Positions 7,949 to 17,122 of a stretch of 44,668 nt of DNA are shown piece after piece. The notes below the pieces were generated by a model. The model was not told the DNA's origin, made no database searches, and worked only from the letters and a program-made list of their open reading frames with translations. The position numbers and the translations under genes were made by a program. This DNA comes from Methylacidiphilum sp. (GTDB lineage Bacteria; Verrucomicrobiota; Verrucomicrobiia; CAIQCK01). How positions within the stretch are numbered: position 1 is the stretch's first letter; every line of letters begins with the position of its first letter. The DNA lies in contig DYDC01000001.1 in NCBI GenBank assembly GCA_020718125.1, positions 1-44,668 of the forward strand. The letters are read 5' to 3'.

Positions 7949-8803
7949 CTACTTCAGCACATCTGACAGCTTCCGCCAAGCGTTCATCGAGCCGGTCAGG
8001 AGCGTCTTCGGGTCGCCTTTGATGTTGTAGCATTGGAGGCCGATGGGGCCTTTGAAGCCGACGGCCTTGAGCTTCCGCAGCACGATGCCGACGTCGTAGG
8101 TTCCTTTGTCGAGCGGCTGGATGATGCGCGGCAATTCCTTCTTCGACGCGCCGCTGTCGGCGCCGTTGATGGTCGCGACAAACATGAGCGGCGCGGCTTC
8201 CTCGATGAGCGCCGGGATGCGCGGTCCGGCTTCGTCGAGCAAAGCGTGGCAAAGGTTGAACGTCACGCCGACGTTCTTGCGGTTGACCTTCCTAGCGACG
8301 CGCACGGCATCCTCGACGCGATGGACCCACACGTTGACGTGCGGGTAGATGGCGATGCGCAGGCCGTTGGCGTCGCAGAGGTCGGCGAGTTCGCGCAGGC
8401 CCGCCGCGGCGATGTCGTCGCCGGCGGGGTCGGAGTTTTTGAACTGCTTGCTGGTCATGTTCGGCCAGATCATCGTGTCGGTGCTTTTGCAGAGCGCGAT
8501 GATCTCCTTCAGGCGCGGGTCATAGACCATCTTGCCGTCTTTGAGTTCGAGGTTGCAGTAGATGACGAAGCATTTCATCCCGCGCCGCTTCGAGCCGTCG
8601 AGGACTTCCTTTACGCGCTCCGGCGCGTCGGTGCGCCACGCGATGCCTGCGAACCCGATCTCCTTCGCGAGGTCCAACTGCGACGCGATGGTCTTGAGGT
8701 TCTCGCCGCGCAGGCCGTTGTCGAAAACGAAGAACGGGTTCGTCTCGGCGTTGGCGGTCACGGCTGCCAGCGCGATGATTATGGTGAGGATGGCGGTTCT
8801 CAT
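7949..8803 (-). CDS. sugar phosphate isomerase/epimerase (xylose isomerase-like TIM barrel), secreted
   Basis: 284-aa ORF with a signal peptide (MRTAILTIIIALAAVTANA). The body resembles the AP-endonuclease-2/xylose-isomerase-like TIM barrel family. Confidence 0.75.
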   Translation of the reverse strand: MRTAILTIIIALAAVTANAETNPFFVFDNGLRGENLKTIASQLDLAKEIGFAGIAWRTDAPERVKEVLDGSKRRGMKCFVIYCNLELKDGKMVYDPRLKEIIALCKSTDTMIWPNMTSKQFKNSDPAGDDIAAAGLRELADLCDANGLRIAIYPHVNVWVHRVEDAVRVARKVNRKNVGVTFNLCHALLDEAGPRIPALIEEAAPLMFVATINGADSGASKKELPRIIQPLDKGTYDVGIVLRKLKAVGFKGPIGLQCYNIKGDPKTLLTGSMNAWRKLSDVLK

Positions 8804-10164
8804 AGCTTGTCAAAGCTCCACGGCGCGCGCATCGGCGGGCGCTTGGCGAGCTTGTTGGCGGCGTCGTTGTTGGTGAACACTTCCTTGTCGGGATCCCACG
8901 CGAGCTTCACGCCGCCGAGCTGGATGGCGATGTGGGCGAGGCGGCAGAGCGACGTGGTGCGTTGGCCAACCTCCTCGTCCTCCAGCGTCTGGCCGCGCGA
9001 GCGCACGCTGTCAATGAAGTCCGGCTTCTCGCGCTTGAGCGGGAAGTGGAGTTCCTCCGGGCCGATCTTCTCCTTGAGGATCGCCGGGGCACTTGCCTTG
9101 AGGCGCTCAGGCGAGAGCTTGCTGGCGGCGTAGTTGACGTGAATCCAACCTTTGTCGCCCTCGAAGCGGACGTGCGGTTCGCCCATCTGGTGGTAGAACT
9201 CGATGCCGTTGGCAAATTTGTAATAGGCGTCGAAGTGCTCCAGCACGTTCCAGACTTTGCCATCGTGGAACTTGCCGGTGGCCTTGATTTCGACGGGACC
9301 CGTGCGCTCGGTGCCTGCGCCCCATTGGCCGATGTCGTTGAGGTGCGTGCCCCAGTTGGCAATCATGCCGTCGCAGTAATCGAGGCTGCGCATCCAGCCG
9401 GGGCGGCTTTTGAGGTTCTGTGGCGTGTGGACGCGCTTCTGCATGTAGGGAACCTTCGGCGCGGGGCCAAGCCAGAGCTCGTAGTCCAATTCGGCGGGTG
9501 CCTCCGTGATCGTCTCCGGCTCGTCGGGAAAACCTTCCTTCGGCGAGCCTGTGCGGACGACGCGCAGCTTGCCGATGCGGCCATTGCGGACCAGTTCGGC
9601 GGCGCGGTGCATCGGCTCCAGCGAGCGAAACTCGCTGTCCACGCGGAAGACGCGCTTGTATTTGGCGACCTCATTGGCGAGCAGCCGGCCTTCGTCAATC
9701 CAGCGCGTGATCGGCTTCTCCAGCGCCACGTCCTTGCCCGCGCGCACGGCGGCGATAGCCATCGGCACGTGCCAGTGGTCCTGCGTGGCGATCATCACCG
9801 CATCAATGCTCTTGTCGGCGAGCAACTCGCGGAAATCCTTGTAGGTCGCGCAGCCCTTGAAGCTGCCATCTTTCTTCTTGGCGTAGTGGCCTTCGATCAA
9901 CTTCTTCGCCTCCGCCATGCGCCAGGAGTCCACGTCGCAGACGGCGACGGCCTGCACGCCGGCGACCTTGAGGAAGCCGGGGATGTTGGCGTGATAGGTC
10001 TGCCGTCCGCAGCCGATGAAACCCATTGTGACGCGCTTGCTGGGCGCGTCAGCGCCGAACACGGACGCGGGCAGGATGTAGGGCGCGCCCGCGATACCAG
10101 CGACGGCAACGGAGGCGCGACGGAGGAAGGAACGGCGGGTAAGTGGATGCATGGTTTGGCTCAT
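8800..10164 (-). CDS. Gfo/Idh/MocA family oxidoreductase with twin-arginine signal
   Basis: LTRRSFLRRASVAVAGIAG is a TAT signal. It is followed by MGFIGCGRQ Rossmann motif. The stop overlaps the downstream gene start (ATGA-type coupling at 8800-8803). Confidence 0.85.
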   Translation of the reverse strand: MSQTMHPLTRRSFLRRASVAVAGIAGAPYILPASVFGADAPSKRVTMGFIGCGRQTYHANIPGFLKVAGVQAVAVCDVDSWRMAEAKKLIEGHYAKKKDGSFKGCATYKDFRELLADKSIDAVMIATQDHWHVPMAIAAVRAGKDVALEKPITRWIDEGRLLANEVAKYKRVFRVDSEFRSLEPMHRAAELVRNGRIGKLRVVRTGSPKEGFPDEPETITEAPAELDYELWLGPAPKVPYMQKRVHTPQNLKSRPGWMRSLDYCDGMIANWGTHLNDIGQWGAGTERTGPVEIKATGKFHDGKVWNVLEHFDAYYKFANGIEFYHQMGEPHVRFEGDKGWIHVNYAASKLSPERLKASAPAILKEKIGPEELHFPLKREKPDFIDSVRSRGQTLEDEEVGQRTTSLCRLAHIAIQLGGVKLAWDPDKEVFTNNDAANKLAKRPPMRAPWSFDKL

Positions 10165-10262
10165 GGTCGTAATGACGGTTGACTATGCGCGTCCTTCATG
10201 GCGGTTTCAGCCGCGCGCGGAAACATCAATCGCCTAGCATCTCTCGCATCCCCCTGCGGATG

Positions 10263-11129
10263 CTACTTTCGCTTCGCCGGCTTGGTCTTCAGCAGGGCGC
10301 GGGCGGTGATGCCAAAGAACCGTTTGAACGCCCGGCTGAAGTCGTTCGCGTGGCGGTAGCCAAGTTCGAAAGCGACTTGCTTGGCCTGCAAACGACCGGC
10401 GCGGAGTTTGGCGCGGGCGATCTGCATCCGCCAGCGGAGCAGGAAACGGTTTGTGCTCTCGCCGCTGTGGCGTCGGAAGAGCGCATTGAGAGAGGCCGGC
10501 GTCAGGCGCAGGTATTCGCACAGCCGCCGCACCGGCTGGCGCTCGGCGAGGTTGTTGCGCAGGAACTCCAGCGCGAGCTTCATCCGGTAGCGCGAATTCA
10601 CCGCGGGCGGACGGTTTTCGGCGCGCGCGAGGGCAATGTCCAGTTCGAAGCGCGCGCAGTGCAGCGAGAGGACGGCCACTTCATCCGGCGTGGCGACTTC
10701 GCGGATGCAGTTGGCGTGCAATGCGCAAAGGCGGCGCATGGTGGCGCGGTCCGTTTTCAGGCAGAGGAATCCGCCGGCGGGCGGTTGCAGCGCGGCCAGC
10801 GCGGGCGCGGAACGCCACAGCCACGTCAGGATGCGGGAGGCGCGGCGCGGCCCGTCGGTCCAGCCGTAGGCGCAATCGGGATGCACGACGAGGACGCTGC
10901 CGGCGGGAATCTGCCGGGCGCCGATCTCGGTGACCAAACGCGGCGTGCCCTCGATGATGGCGATATAGACCCAGCCGTCGTGCATGGCGACGGGAATGGG
11001 GTTCTTGCCAAACCACCGCCGTCCCCACGAGAGGTAAAGCAAGTCCCACGCTTCCGGGTCGCGCGGCAGCCATCGTGGCCGGCCGGCTGGCGGCAGATAA
11101 GTGCGTCGCGGATAAGTCTTTTCAGCCAT
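10263..11129 (-). CDS. AraC family transcriptional regulator
   Basis: The C-terminal double HTH (LTPASLNALFRRHSGESTNRFLLRWRMQIARAKL...VAFELGYRHANDFSRAFKRFFG) is the AraC/XylS signature. The N-terminal part is cupin-like. Confidence 0.85.
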   Translation of the reverse strand: MAEKTYPRRTYLPPAGRPRWLPRDPEAWDLLYLSWGRRWFGKNPIPVAMHDGWVYIAIIEGTPRLVTEIGARQIPAGSVLVVHPDCAYGWTDGPRRASRILTWLWRSAPALAALQPPAGGFLCLKTDRATMRRLCALHANCIREVATPDEVAVLSLHCARFELDIALARAENRPPAVNSRYRMKLALEFLRNNLAERQPVRRLCEYLRLTPASLNALFRRHSGESTNRFLLRWRMQIARAKLRAGRLQAKQVAFELGYRHANDFSRAFKRFFGITARALLKTKPAKRK

Positions 11130-11516
11130 TCAATGGGTATCGCCGCGCAGTTCCCGCGCGAGGCGTTGCTCGACAAAATCCACGAGCGCGGGGTCGGCCA
11201 TCATCGGCTCGCTCAGCTCAAAAGCAACTTCAGGATGGTCCTTCAGCGTCTCGCGGACGATGTGCGGGATGTCTCGTTGGAGATGTTTGCCGGGGACGAG
11301 GAAGAATGCGTAGCCGAAGATGTGGTTGCAGCCGCGCTTGATGAGGCGCCGGATGGCGGTGGGGATGTCGGGCTGGCCGAGTTCCATGAAACAGGGCGCG
11401 ATGCAGTCGGTGCGGAGCCGCCGGCGCAGTTCGCGGGTGAGGCGGAACATGATCCAGTTGGCCTCCTTGAGCCGCGAGCCGTGGGTGACGACGAAGACGC
11501 CGGTTTTTTGTTTCAT
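11130..11516 (-). CDS. cbiX: CbiX/SirB-type sirohydrochlorin chelatase (small form)
   Basis: 128-aa ORF. VFVVTHGSR...ELGQPDIPTAIRRL pattern matches short CbiX chelatases. Its stop abuts the AraC start. Confidence 0.65.
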   Translation of the reverse strand: MKQKTGVFVVTHGSRLKEANWIMFRLTRELRRRLRTDCIAPCFMELGQPDIPTAIRRLIKRGCNHIFGYAFFLVPGKHLQRDIPHIVRETLKDHPEVAFELSEPMMADPALVDFVEQRLARELRGDTH

Positions 11517-11728
11517 GCGGAGAAATCCGCTTGTCCGACTGCGCGGCTACTATATCATCGCGCGCCTCGCAGACAAGCAGGTTGGCCTATGGCGCTATTG
11601 GAATTCAGCATGTATCCGCCCGCGAGTGGAATGTGTCATCACGGTGGACTATTGCGGCGGCCATCGCGGCTGGCTGAAAGCCGGGTGGTTTCCGTCGAGA
11701 AGCGACTCGTCCGCAAACTGAAACCGAT

Positions 11729-12049
11729 ATGAGCAACGCACAACATTCAGGTTCCGGCTCCGGTCATCCCGCTGCGGCGGGTCATCCTGCGGGCGCGGGC
11801 GGTCCGCCGCCCGACTTGAAACGCCAGTTCATCACCTTCGCATTCTTCAAAACCTCGCCCGAATGGCGCCGCCTGCCGGCGGCTGAACGCGAGGCAAGCA
11901 AGAGCGAGGTTGCCGCCATCGTCGAGGAATTCAAGAAACAGGGCATGCTGATTCCGGGCTGTTCGCTGGCGGGCACACATGGCGACGTGGACTTCATGCG
12001 GTGGCGCATCGCTGGTGATATCAGGGACGCGCTCAACACCGCCGGATAG
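11729..12049 (+). CDS. chlorite dismutase/HemQ-family N-terminal domain only (truncated relative to family)
   Basis: FITFAFFKTSPEWRRLPAAEREASKSEV...GCSLAGTHGDVDFMRWRI resembles the first ferredoxin-like domain of Cld/HemQ proteins. The ORF ends after 106 aa, whereas family members I recall are roughly 180-250 aa. Confidence 0.4.
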   Translation: MSNAQHSGSGSGHPAAAGHPAGAGGPPPDLKRQFITFAFFKTSPEWRRLPAAEREASKSEVAAIVEEFKKQGMLIPGCSLAGTHGDVDFMRWRIAGDIRDALNTAG

Positions 12050-12062
12050 GAGACTGACAGCC

Positions 12063-13607
12063 ATGCCGCTCACGATCGCGACAATCCTCAAAGGGGTCGA
12101 ACAGCTCGACTACGAGATAGCCACCGAGTCGCGCCTCGTGCGCGCGGGTCTCAAGGACAAACAGGAGACCGACGCCATCATGCAGCGGCACGAGTGGCTC
12201 GCCTCGCCCTCGGCCGTGAAGCTGGCGCGTGCCCAGGTCAACCGCGCGCGCGATCCCGATGAGCGCGACCGGCTGGAGCGGCTGTATTTCACGTGCGCGG
12301 GATTCTACGCCTGCCGGAAGCAGGCGAAACTCGATGACGAATTGCAGGGCGGTCTGGCGCAGCATCAGGTCAAGCTTGGCGAACGGCAGATCTCCTACTA
12401 CAACCTCAGCCCGCGCTTGCAGAACGAGGCGGATTTTGAGAAGCGCGAGCAGATCGGCGCGGCGATTGACGGCGTGCATCGGAAGTTCAACCCGTTGAAG
12501 CTCTCGCTGCTCCAACGCGAATTGCGCATCCTGCGGCGCGACCTCGGCTACAAGAGTCACATCGGATACTACCAGGCGCAGAAGCAGTTCGATTACGAGA
12601 AATTCATCGCCACGCTCGACGACTCGGCGCATCGCACGGCGCTGCTGTTCCGCGACCATGTGGCGCGATGGGTCGGCGACAAGATTGGGCGGCCGTTCCG
12701 TGCGCCGGACGGCAAGCCTGCCCTCCAGCGATGGCACGTCAGCTATCTGCTCAAGCTTGGCGACTTTGACGCGCGGTTCCCGAAGAAGGAGATGCTGCCG
12801 CGGCTGCTCGGTTCACTGAAGCGGATGGGCATAGACCTGAAGGCGAAGAAGAGCATCAAGCTCGACATCGAGGATCGCGACAAGAAGAACCCGCGTGCCT
12901 GCGTGTTCCCAGCGCGCATCCCGCGGGAGGTCCACCTCATCCTGAAGCCCGTCGGCGGACTGACCGACTACGAGACGTTTATGCACGAGGCGGGCCACGC
13001 GTTGCACTTCGGTTTCTCGGACCCGAAGCTGCCCTACGAATACCGCCACCTGTCGCGGTCGCACGCGCTGACGGAGATTTACGCGTTCCTGCTCCAGAAC
13101 ATCACGCTCGACGCGCTGTGGCTGGAGGAGGTCATGCGGCTCAACCGCAAGCTCGCGGCGCGCATCCGATACTATCGCGTGCTAGTGGACCTCTGCATGT
13201 ATCGCCGCTACATCGCGAAGCTGAAGGCCGAGTTCGCGTTCTTCCGCCAGCAGGAGCAGAGGGGCGAGGCGGCGTTGAGTGACGGGCGCATCTACGCGCG
13301 AACACTGACCGAGCATACGGGCTTCATCTACCAGCCGGTGAACTATCTCTTCGACATGGACGGCGGCTTCTACAGCGCGGATTATCTGCGCGCGTGGGTC
13401 GGCGAGGCGCAATTCTCCGAGCGCCTCCAGCAGAACTACGGGCCGCGCTGGTGGGCCGACAAGAAGGCCGGGCGGTTCCTCGTGGACCTCTGGCGGTCGG
13501 CCTGCACGCGGGAAGCCGAGCCGGTGCTTGCTGAACTCGGCTGCCAGCCGCTCGACACGAGCGCGCTGGAACGGCGGTTCGTCGAACTGGAATCGCTGCG
13601 CGCATGA
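12063..13607 (+). CDS. HExxH zinc metallopeptidase, M3/oligoendopeptidase-like
   Basis: About 514 aa starting at the ATG at 12063, which has a GGAG RBS. FMHEAGHALHF is a zincin HExxH motif placed as in M3-like peptidases. Confidence 0.55.
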   Translation: MPLTIATILKGVEQLDYEIATESRLVRAGLKDKQETDAIMQRHEWLASPSAVKLARAQVNRARDPDERDRLERLYFTCAGFYACRKQAKLDDELQGGLAQHQVKLGERQISYYNLSPRLQNEADFEKREQIGAAIDGVHRKFNPLKLSLLQRELRILRRDLGYKSHIGYYQAQKQFDYEKFIATLDDSAHRTALLFRDHVARWVGDKIGRPFRAPDGKPALQRWHVSYLLKLGDFDARFPKKEMLPRLLGSLKRMGIDLKAKKSIKLDIEDRDKKNPRACVFPARIPREVHLILKPVGGLTDYETFMHEAGHALHFGFSDPKLPYEYRHLSRSHALTEIYAFLLQNITLDALWLEEVMRLNRKLAARIRYYRVLVDLCMYRRYIAKLKAEFAFFRQQEQRGEAALSDGRIYARTLTEHTGFIYQPVNYLFDMDGGFYSADYLRAWVGEAQFSERLQQNYGPRWWADKKAGRFLVDLWRSACTREAEPVLAELGCQPLDTSALERRFVELESLRA

Positions 13608-13996
13608 GCGGACGGCCGGCGATCGAGGTGGCTGCGGCGATCATCCGGCGCGGCGACACGATTCTGATCGCGCAACGCCGCGCGGACGATCATCTGTCAA
13701 ACCTGTGGGAGTTTCCCGGCGGCAAACGCGAAGCGGGGGAAACCTTCGAGCAATGCCTGGCGCGCGAGCTTCGGGAGGAACTGGGCGTCACAGCGCGTGT
13801 GGGACGGTTGATCCATGATGTGACGCATGATTATCCGGAACGCAGCGTGCGACTCTGTTTCTTCGATTGCGAACTGATGGAGGGCGAACCCAAGCCGATT
13901 CATTGCCAGGACTGCCGCTGGGTGCGGGCGGGTGAGCTGCAGGACTACCGGTTTCCGCCGGCGGATGATGAGTTGATCAAGTTGCTGGGAAAGTAG
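13604..13996 (+). CDS. mutT: NUDIX hydrolase, MutT-type 8-oxo-dGTP diphosphatase
   Basis: Nudix box GGKREAGETFEQCLARELREELGV. The start overlaps the upstream stop (ATGA). Confidence 0.8.
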   Translation: MSGRPAIEVAAAIIRRGDTILIAQRRADDHLSNLWEFPGGKREAGETFEQCLARELREELGVTARVGRLIHDVTHDYPERSVRLCFFDCELMEGEPKPIHCQDCRWVRAGELQDYRFPPADDELIKLLGK

Positions 13997-14054
13997 TCGT
14001 CACGCTCCGCGTGATGATCCAGATGGTGATCCTCACGCTGAGCGTGCGGGCTAC
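13993..14054. repeat. REPIN-like doublet between convergent genes
   Basis: GTAG-TCG-TCACGC-TCC-GCGTGA ... CACGC-TGA-GCGTG-CGGG-CTAC. The arms are about 75% inverted-identical. The GTAG and CTAC ends contain the TAG stops of mutT (13994-13996) and of the PQQ-repeat gene (14051-14053, minus strand). Confidence 0.55.
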
Positions 14055-15625
14055 TTTACCAAGGGCAAGCGGTAGCAGACGGCTTCCTGGGCGTTGCGGA
14101 CGAGCAACAGGTCGCCGGCGAGCGCGGGGGGATTCCACGTCTTGCCTGTCAGCGCCTCGAACTTCGTCAGTTCGCGTCGGCTATTGGGCTGAGGGTCTAT
14201 CAGCGCCAGGCTGCCGTCTTCGGCCGTGAGCAGCAGCAGGTCGCGAACGAGAATGAACTGGCCATGTCCGTAGCGGCCCTCGCGCCACTTCAACCCGCCA
14301 TTGGCCAGGTCCACGCAGGCGAGCGTGCCGTCGTCGAGGCCATACACGCAGCCAGTGCGCGTGACCATGTTGTTGAACTTGGATTTGAGGCGTCGCGTCT
14401 TCCAGAGCTGTGTGGCTGTGAAGCTGTCCTCATTGTCGCGTCGGATCTGCAACAGCGCGCTCCCTTCGCCGTAGCCGCTGCTCATCAATACGCGGTCGTC
14501 CGCGACGGTGATCGGCTGCGCGACGTGGACGTGCGTCGGGTTCCACGGATGCTGCCATAGCACGCGGCCGGTGGCCGCATCGTGGCCGTAGAGGGCGTCG
14601 TGGCCGAAGATGAGGACTTGCGGCACGCCACAGAGCGTGGCCGCGCAGGGCGAGCTGTAGCTGGATTTGTCGTGACCGCCGCTCCAAGCCGGCTGGCCGT
14701 TGTGGAGGCGATAGGCCGCGAGCGCGCGATCCGGCTTGCCGCCGGGATTGACGATGACGAGTCCGTCGCGCACGAGCGGTGAGCCGGCCGTGCCCCAGAT
14801 GTTCACAGGCCGGCCGCTGTCGGCGAGGATGTTCCGGCTCCAGACCGCCTTGCCGGCGGCCAAGTCGAGGCAGTTCAAAATGCCGGTGCCGCCGACGGTG
14901 AATGCACGGTCGCCGATGATGGCTGGCGTGGTGCGCGGGCCTTCACCGGCGATGGTGGTGGCAAAGCGGGCCTTGTCGGCGTGGATCCAGAGCTTTTTGC
15001 CGGTCAGCAAGTCGTAGCAAACGGTCAGTTCTTCTTCGCCGCGCTGTTCCATCGTGATGGCGCGGTTGCCGGTAATCGCGAAGCCGGACCATGCGGCGCC
15101 AACCGGCTGGCGCCAGAGTTCCCGCGGAGGCCGCGCGCTCCAATCACGCGCCAGCTTGGGGCCATCGGGCAGCGTGGAGTTGCGGTTCGGGCCGAGGAAC
15201 TGCGGCCAGTCGGCGCCAAGACGGGTTGCGGCGCGCGATGCGGCAGCGGGGTCCGCTTCGGCAACTGGTTGAACTGCCGGGCGCGACCAACGGAACTTCA
15301 CGAGCGGCACGAGATCGCCTGTCACGCCATAGATTTGAAACAGACCGGCGAAAAGGCCGAGCGCCACGACCACGGCGCCGAACACCACGCCGCGGATTCT
15401 CCAGTGCAGCCGGGAGAACAACATGGCCCAGAGAAAGAGCAGGACGGCCGCGACGATGATTGAGCCTGTCGTGCCGATGTTGCGGTGTTGTTGCGATGGC
15501 AGCGAGGGGGCGACGCGGGTATGGATAATCGCCAGGAGTGTAACCGCCACGATCAGCCACGCGGGCCACCCGCGGATGGGGCGCCGGGCAGGCGGGTTGT
15601 TGGAGGGTGCGTCAGGAGACTGCAT
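14051..15625 (-). CDS. membrane-anchored PQQ-like beta-propeller repeat protein (BamB-like fold)
   Basis: 524-aa ORF with several N-terminal hydrophobic helices. These are followed by repeated ...G.V.A.D..TGK..W... propeller blades. Confidence 0.7.
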   Translation of the reverse strand: MQSPDAPSNNPPARRPIRGWPAWLIVAVTLLAIIHTRVAPSLPSQQHRNIGTTGSIIVAAVLLFLWAMLFSRLHWRIRGVVFGAVVVALGLFAGLFQIYGVTGDLVPLVKFRWSRPAVQPVAEADPAAASRAATRLGADWPQFLGPNRNSTLPDGPKLARDWSARPPRELWRQPVGAAWSGFAITGNRAITMEQRGEEELTVCYDLLTGKKLWIHADKARFATTIAGEGPRTTPAIIGDRAFTVGGTGILNCLDLAAGKAVWSRNILADSGRPVNIWGTAGSPLVRDGLVIVNPGGKPDRALAAYRLHNGQPAWSGGHDKSSYSSPCAATLCGVPQVLIFGHDALYGHDAATGRVLWQHPWNPTHVHVAQPITVADDRVLMSSGYGEGSALLQIRRDNEDSFTATQLWKTRRLKSKFNNMVTRTGCVYGLDDGTLACVDLANGGLKWREGRYGHGQFILVRDLLLLTAEDGSLALIDPQPNSRRELTKFEALTGKTWNPPALAGDLLLVRNAQEAVCYRLPLVK

Positions 15626-15675
15626 CGGAGAATATGCTTGGCCGTGGCATCGGTTCCGTAGATAACAAGCGACGC

Positions 15676-16539
15676 ATGAGAACGCAAAAAGATTCGCCCG
15701 CGGTGCGCACGATCACGTTGGGCCACAGCCCCGACCCGGATGATGCCTTCATGTTCTACGCGCTGGCCGCCGGCAAGATCGAGACGGGCGATCTGCGCTT
15801 CGAGCACATCCTGCAAGACATACAGACCCTTAACGAGCGCGCCACGCGCGGCGAACTGGACGTGACCGCCATCTCCATCCACGCTTACGCCTCCGTCCTC
15901 GATAAATATGCTCTTTTGCCCAGCGGCGCTTCGATGGGCGACGGCTACGGGCCGATGGTGGTGGCGAAAGGCCGAAGGTCGAAGGACGAAATCCGAAAGA
16001 TGAAGATCGCCGTCCCTGGACGGATGACCAGCGCGTTTCTGGCGCTGCGGCTGTGGCTCGGCGAGGATTTCAACCATGTCGTCGTGCCGTTCGACCAGAT
16101 CTTTGCCACGGTGAAGCGCGGCGATGCCGAAGCCGGCCTCATCATCCACGAAGGCCAGCTCACCTATCAAAAGGAGGGCTTGGACCTCTGTGTGGACCTC
16201 GGCGCATGGTGGAAGGCTGACACGGGCGGCCTGCCGCTCCCGCTCGGCGGCAACGCCATCAAGAAATCCCTCGGCAAGCCGCTGATGAGCCGCATCTCAA
16301 AGCTCCTGACCGAAAGCATCCGCTACGGCCTTGCCCACCGCCAGCCCGCAGTCGCTCACGCGATGGCCTACGCCCGCGACATGGACGTGCCGCTGGCCGA
16401 CAAGTTCGTCCGGATGTATGTGAACGACTGGACGCTCGACTACGGCGACAAGGGCAGGGAAGCCATCCGCCTTTTCCTCCGCCGCGGCTGCGAAGCCGGC
16501 ATCATCCCCCAGGCGGTGGATCTGGAGTTTGTGGAGTAA
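15676..16539 (+). CDS. menaquinone (futalosine pathway) biosynthesis protein, MqnD/VitK2-biosynthesis family
   Basis: ITLGHSPDPDDAFMFYAL...DVTAISIHAY...GDGYGPMVVA...AVPGRMTSAFLALRL matches the PF02621-type MqnA/MqnD family, closest to the MqnD pattern. The internal ATG at 15676 was chosen as the start. Confidence 0.7.
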   Translation: MRTQKDSPAVRTITLGHSPDPDDAFMFYALAAGKIETGDLRFEHILQDIQTLNERATRGELDVTAISIHAYASVLDKYALLPSGASMGDGYGPMVVAKGRRSKDEIRKMKIAVPGRMTSAFLALRLWLGEDFNHVVVPFDQIFATVKRGDAEAGLIIHEGQLTYQKEGLDLCVDLGAWWKADTGGLPLPLGGNAIKKSLGKPLMSRISKLLTESIRYGLAHRQPAVAHAMAYARDMDVPLADKFVRMYVNDWTLDYGDKGREAIRLFLRRGCEAGIIPQAVDLEFVE

Positions 16540-16588
16540 GGCCGACCTTGCATCCGGTCAGGCCATCTCCCATTATTGGCGTGCGGCC

Positions 16589-17122
16589 ATGCCACTGTTT
16601 GACCATCTGAGCCGGGAAGCAGCCAAGCACCACCTCGATTTTCTTGTCATTGGTGCGCACGCGGTGATTTGCCATGGATACGTGCGGGCCACGGACGATG
16701 CCGATATTCTGGTGAGCAAGGAGAATCAGCCGCAATGGGAGCAGATGCTTCGCGGCCTCGGTTACAAGGTGGTCCACGACGGCGGCGCCTCCCTGCAGCT
16801 TGAGTCCGCCGACAAGGCGGCTTGGGACTTGGATCTGATGCTGGTCCCGGCGGAGACGTTCGGGAAGATGATTGCCGAAGCGAAAGTCGTCAGGTTGGAG
16901 GGAGTGTCGGTCCGCATTCCGAGCCTAGACCACGTCTTTGCGTTGAAGGTTCATGCGCTCAAGCACGGCCGTGGATTGCGGCGGCTGAAAGACATGGACG
17001 ATGTCATTCGATTGGCGCTCGCCAATGGCGTGGATGTGCGGTCAGAATCCTTCCGGCGGTTGTTCGTGAAGCACGGTGATCCGAAGATTTATGAGCAAGT
17101 TCTCAAAGCATGTGCTCCGTGA
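16589..17122 (+). CDS. hypothetical protein, nucleotidyltransferase-fold-like
   Basis: FLVIGAHAVICHGYVRATDDADILV resembles the G-x-x-A...D-x-D core of minimal nucleotidyltransferases. The assignment is tentative. Confidence 0.4.
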   Translation: MPLFDHLSREAAKHHLDFLVIGAHAVICHGYVRATDDADILVSKENQPQWEQMLRGLGYKVVHDGGASLQLESADKAAWDLDLMLVPAETFGKMIAEAKVVRLEGVSVRIPSLDHVFALKVHALKHGRGLRRLKDMDDVIRLALANGVDVRSESFRRLFVKHGDPKIYEQVLKACAP

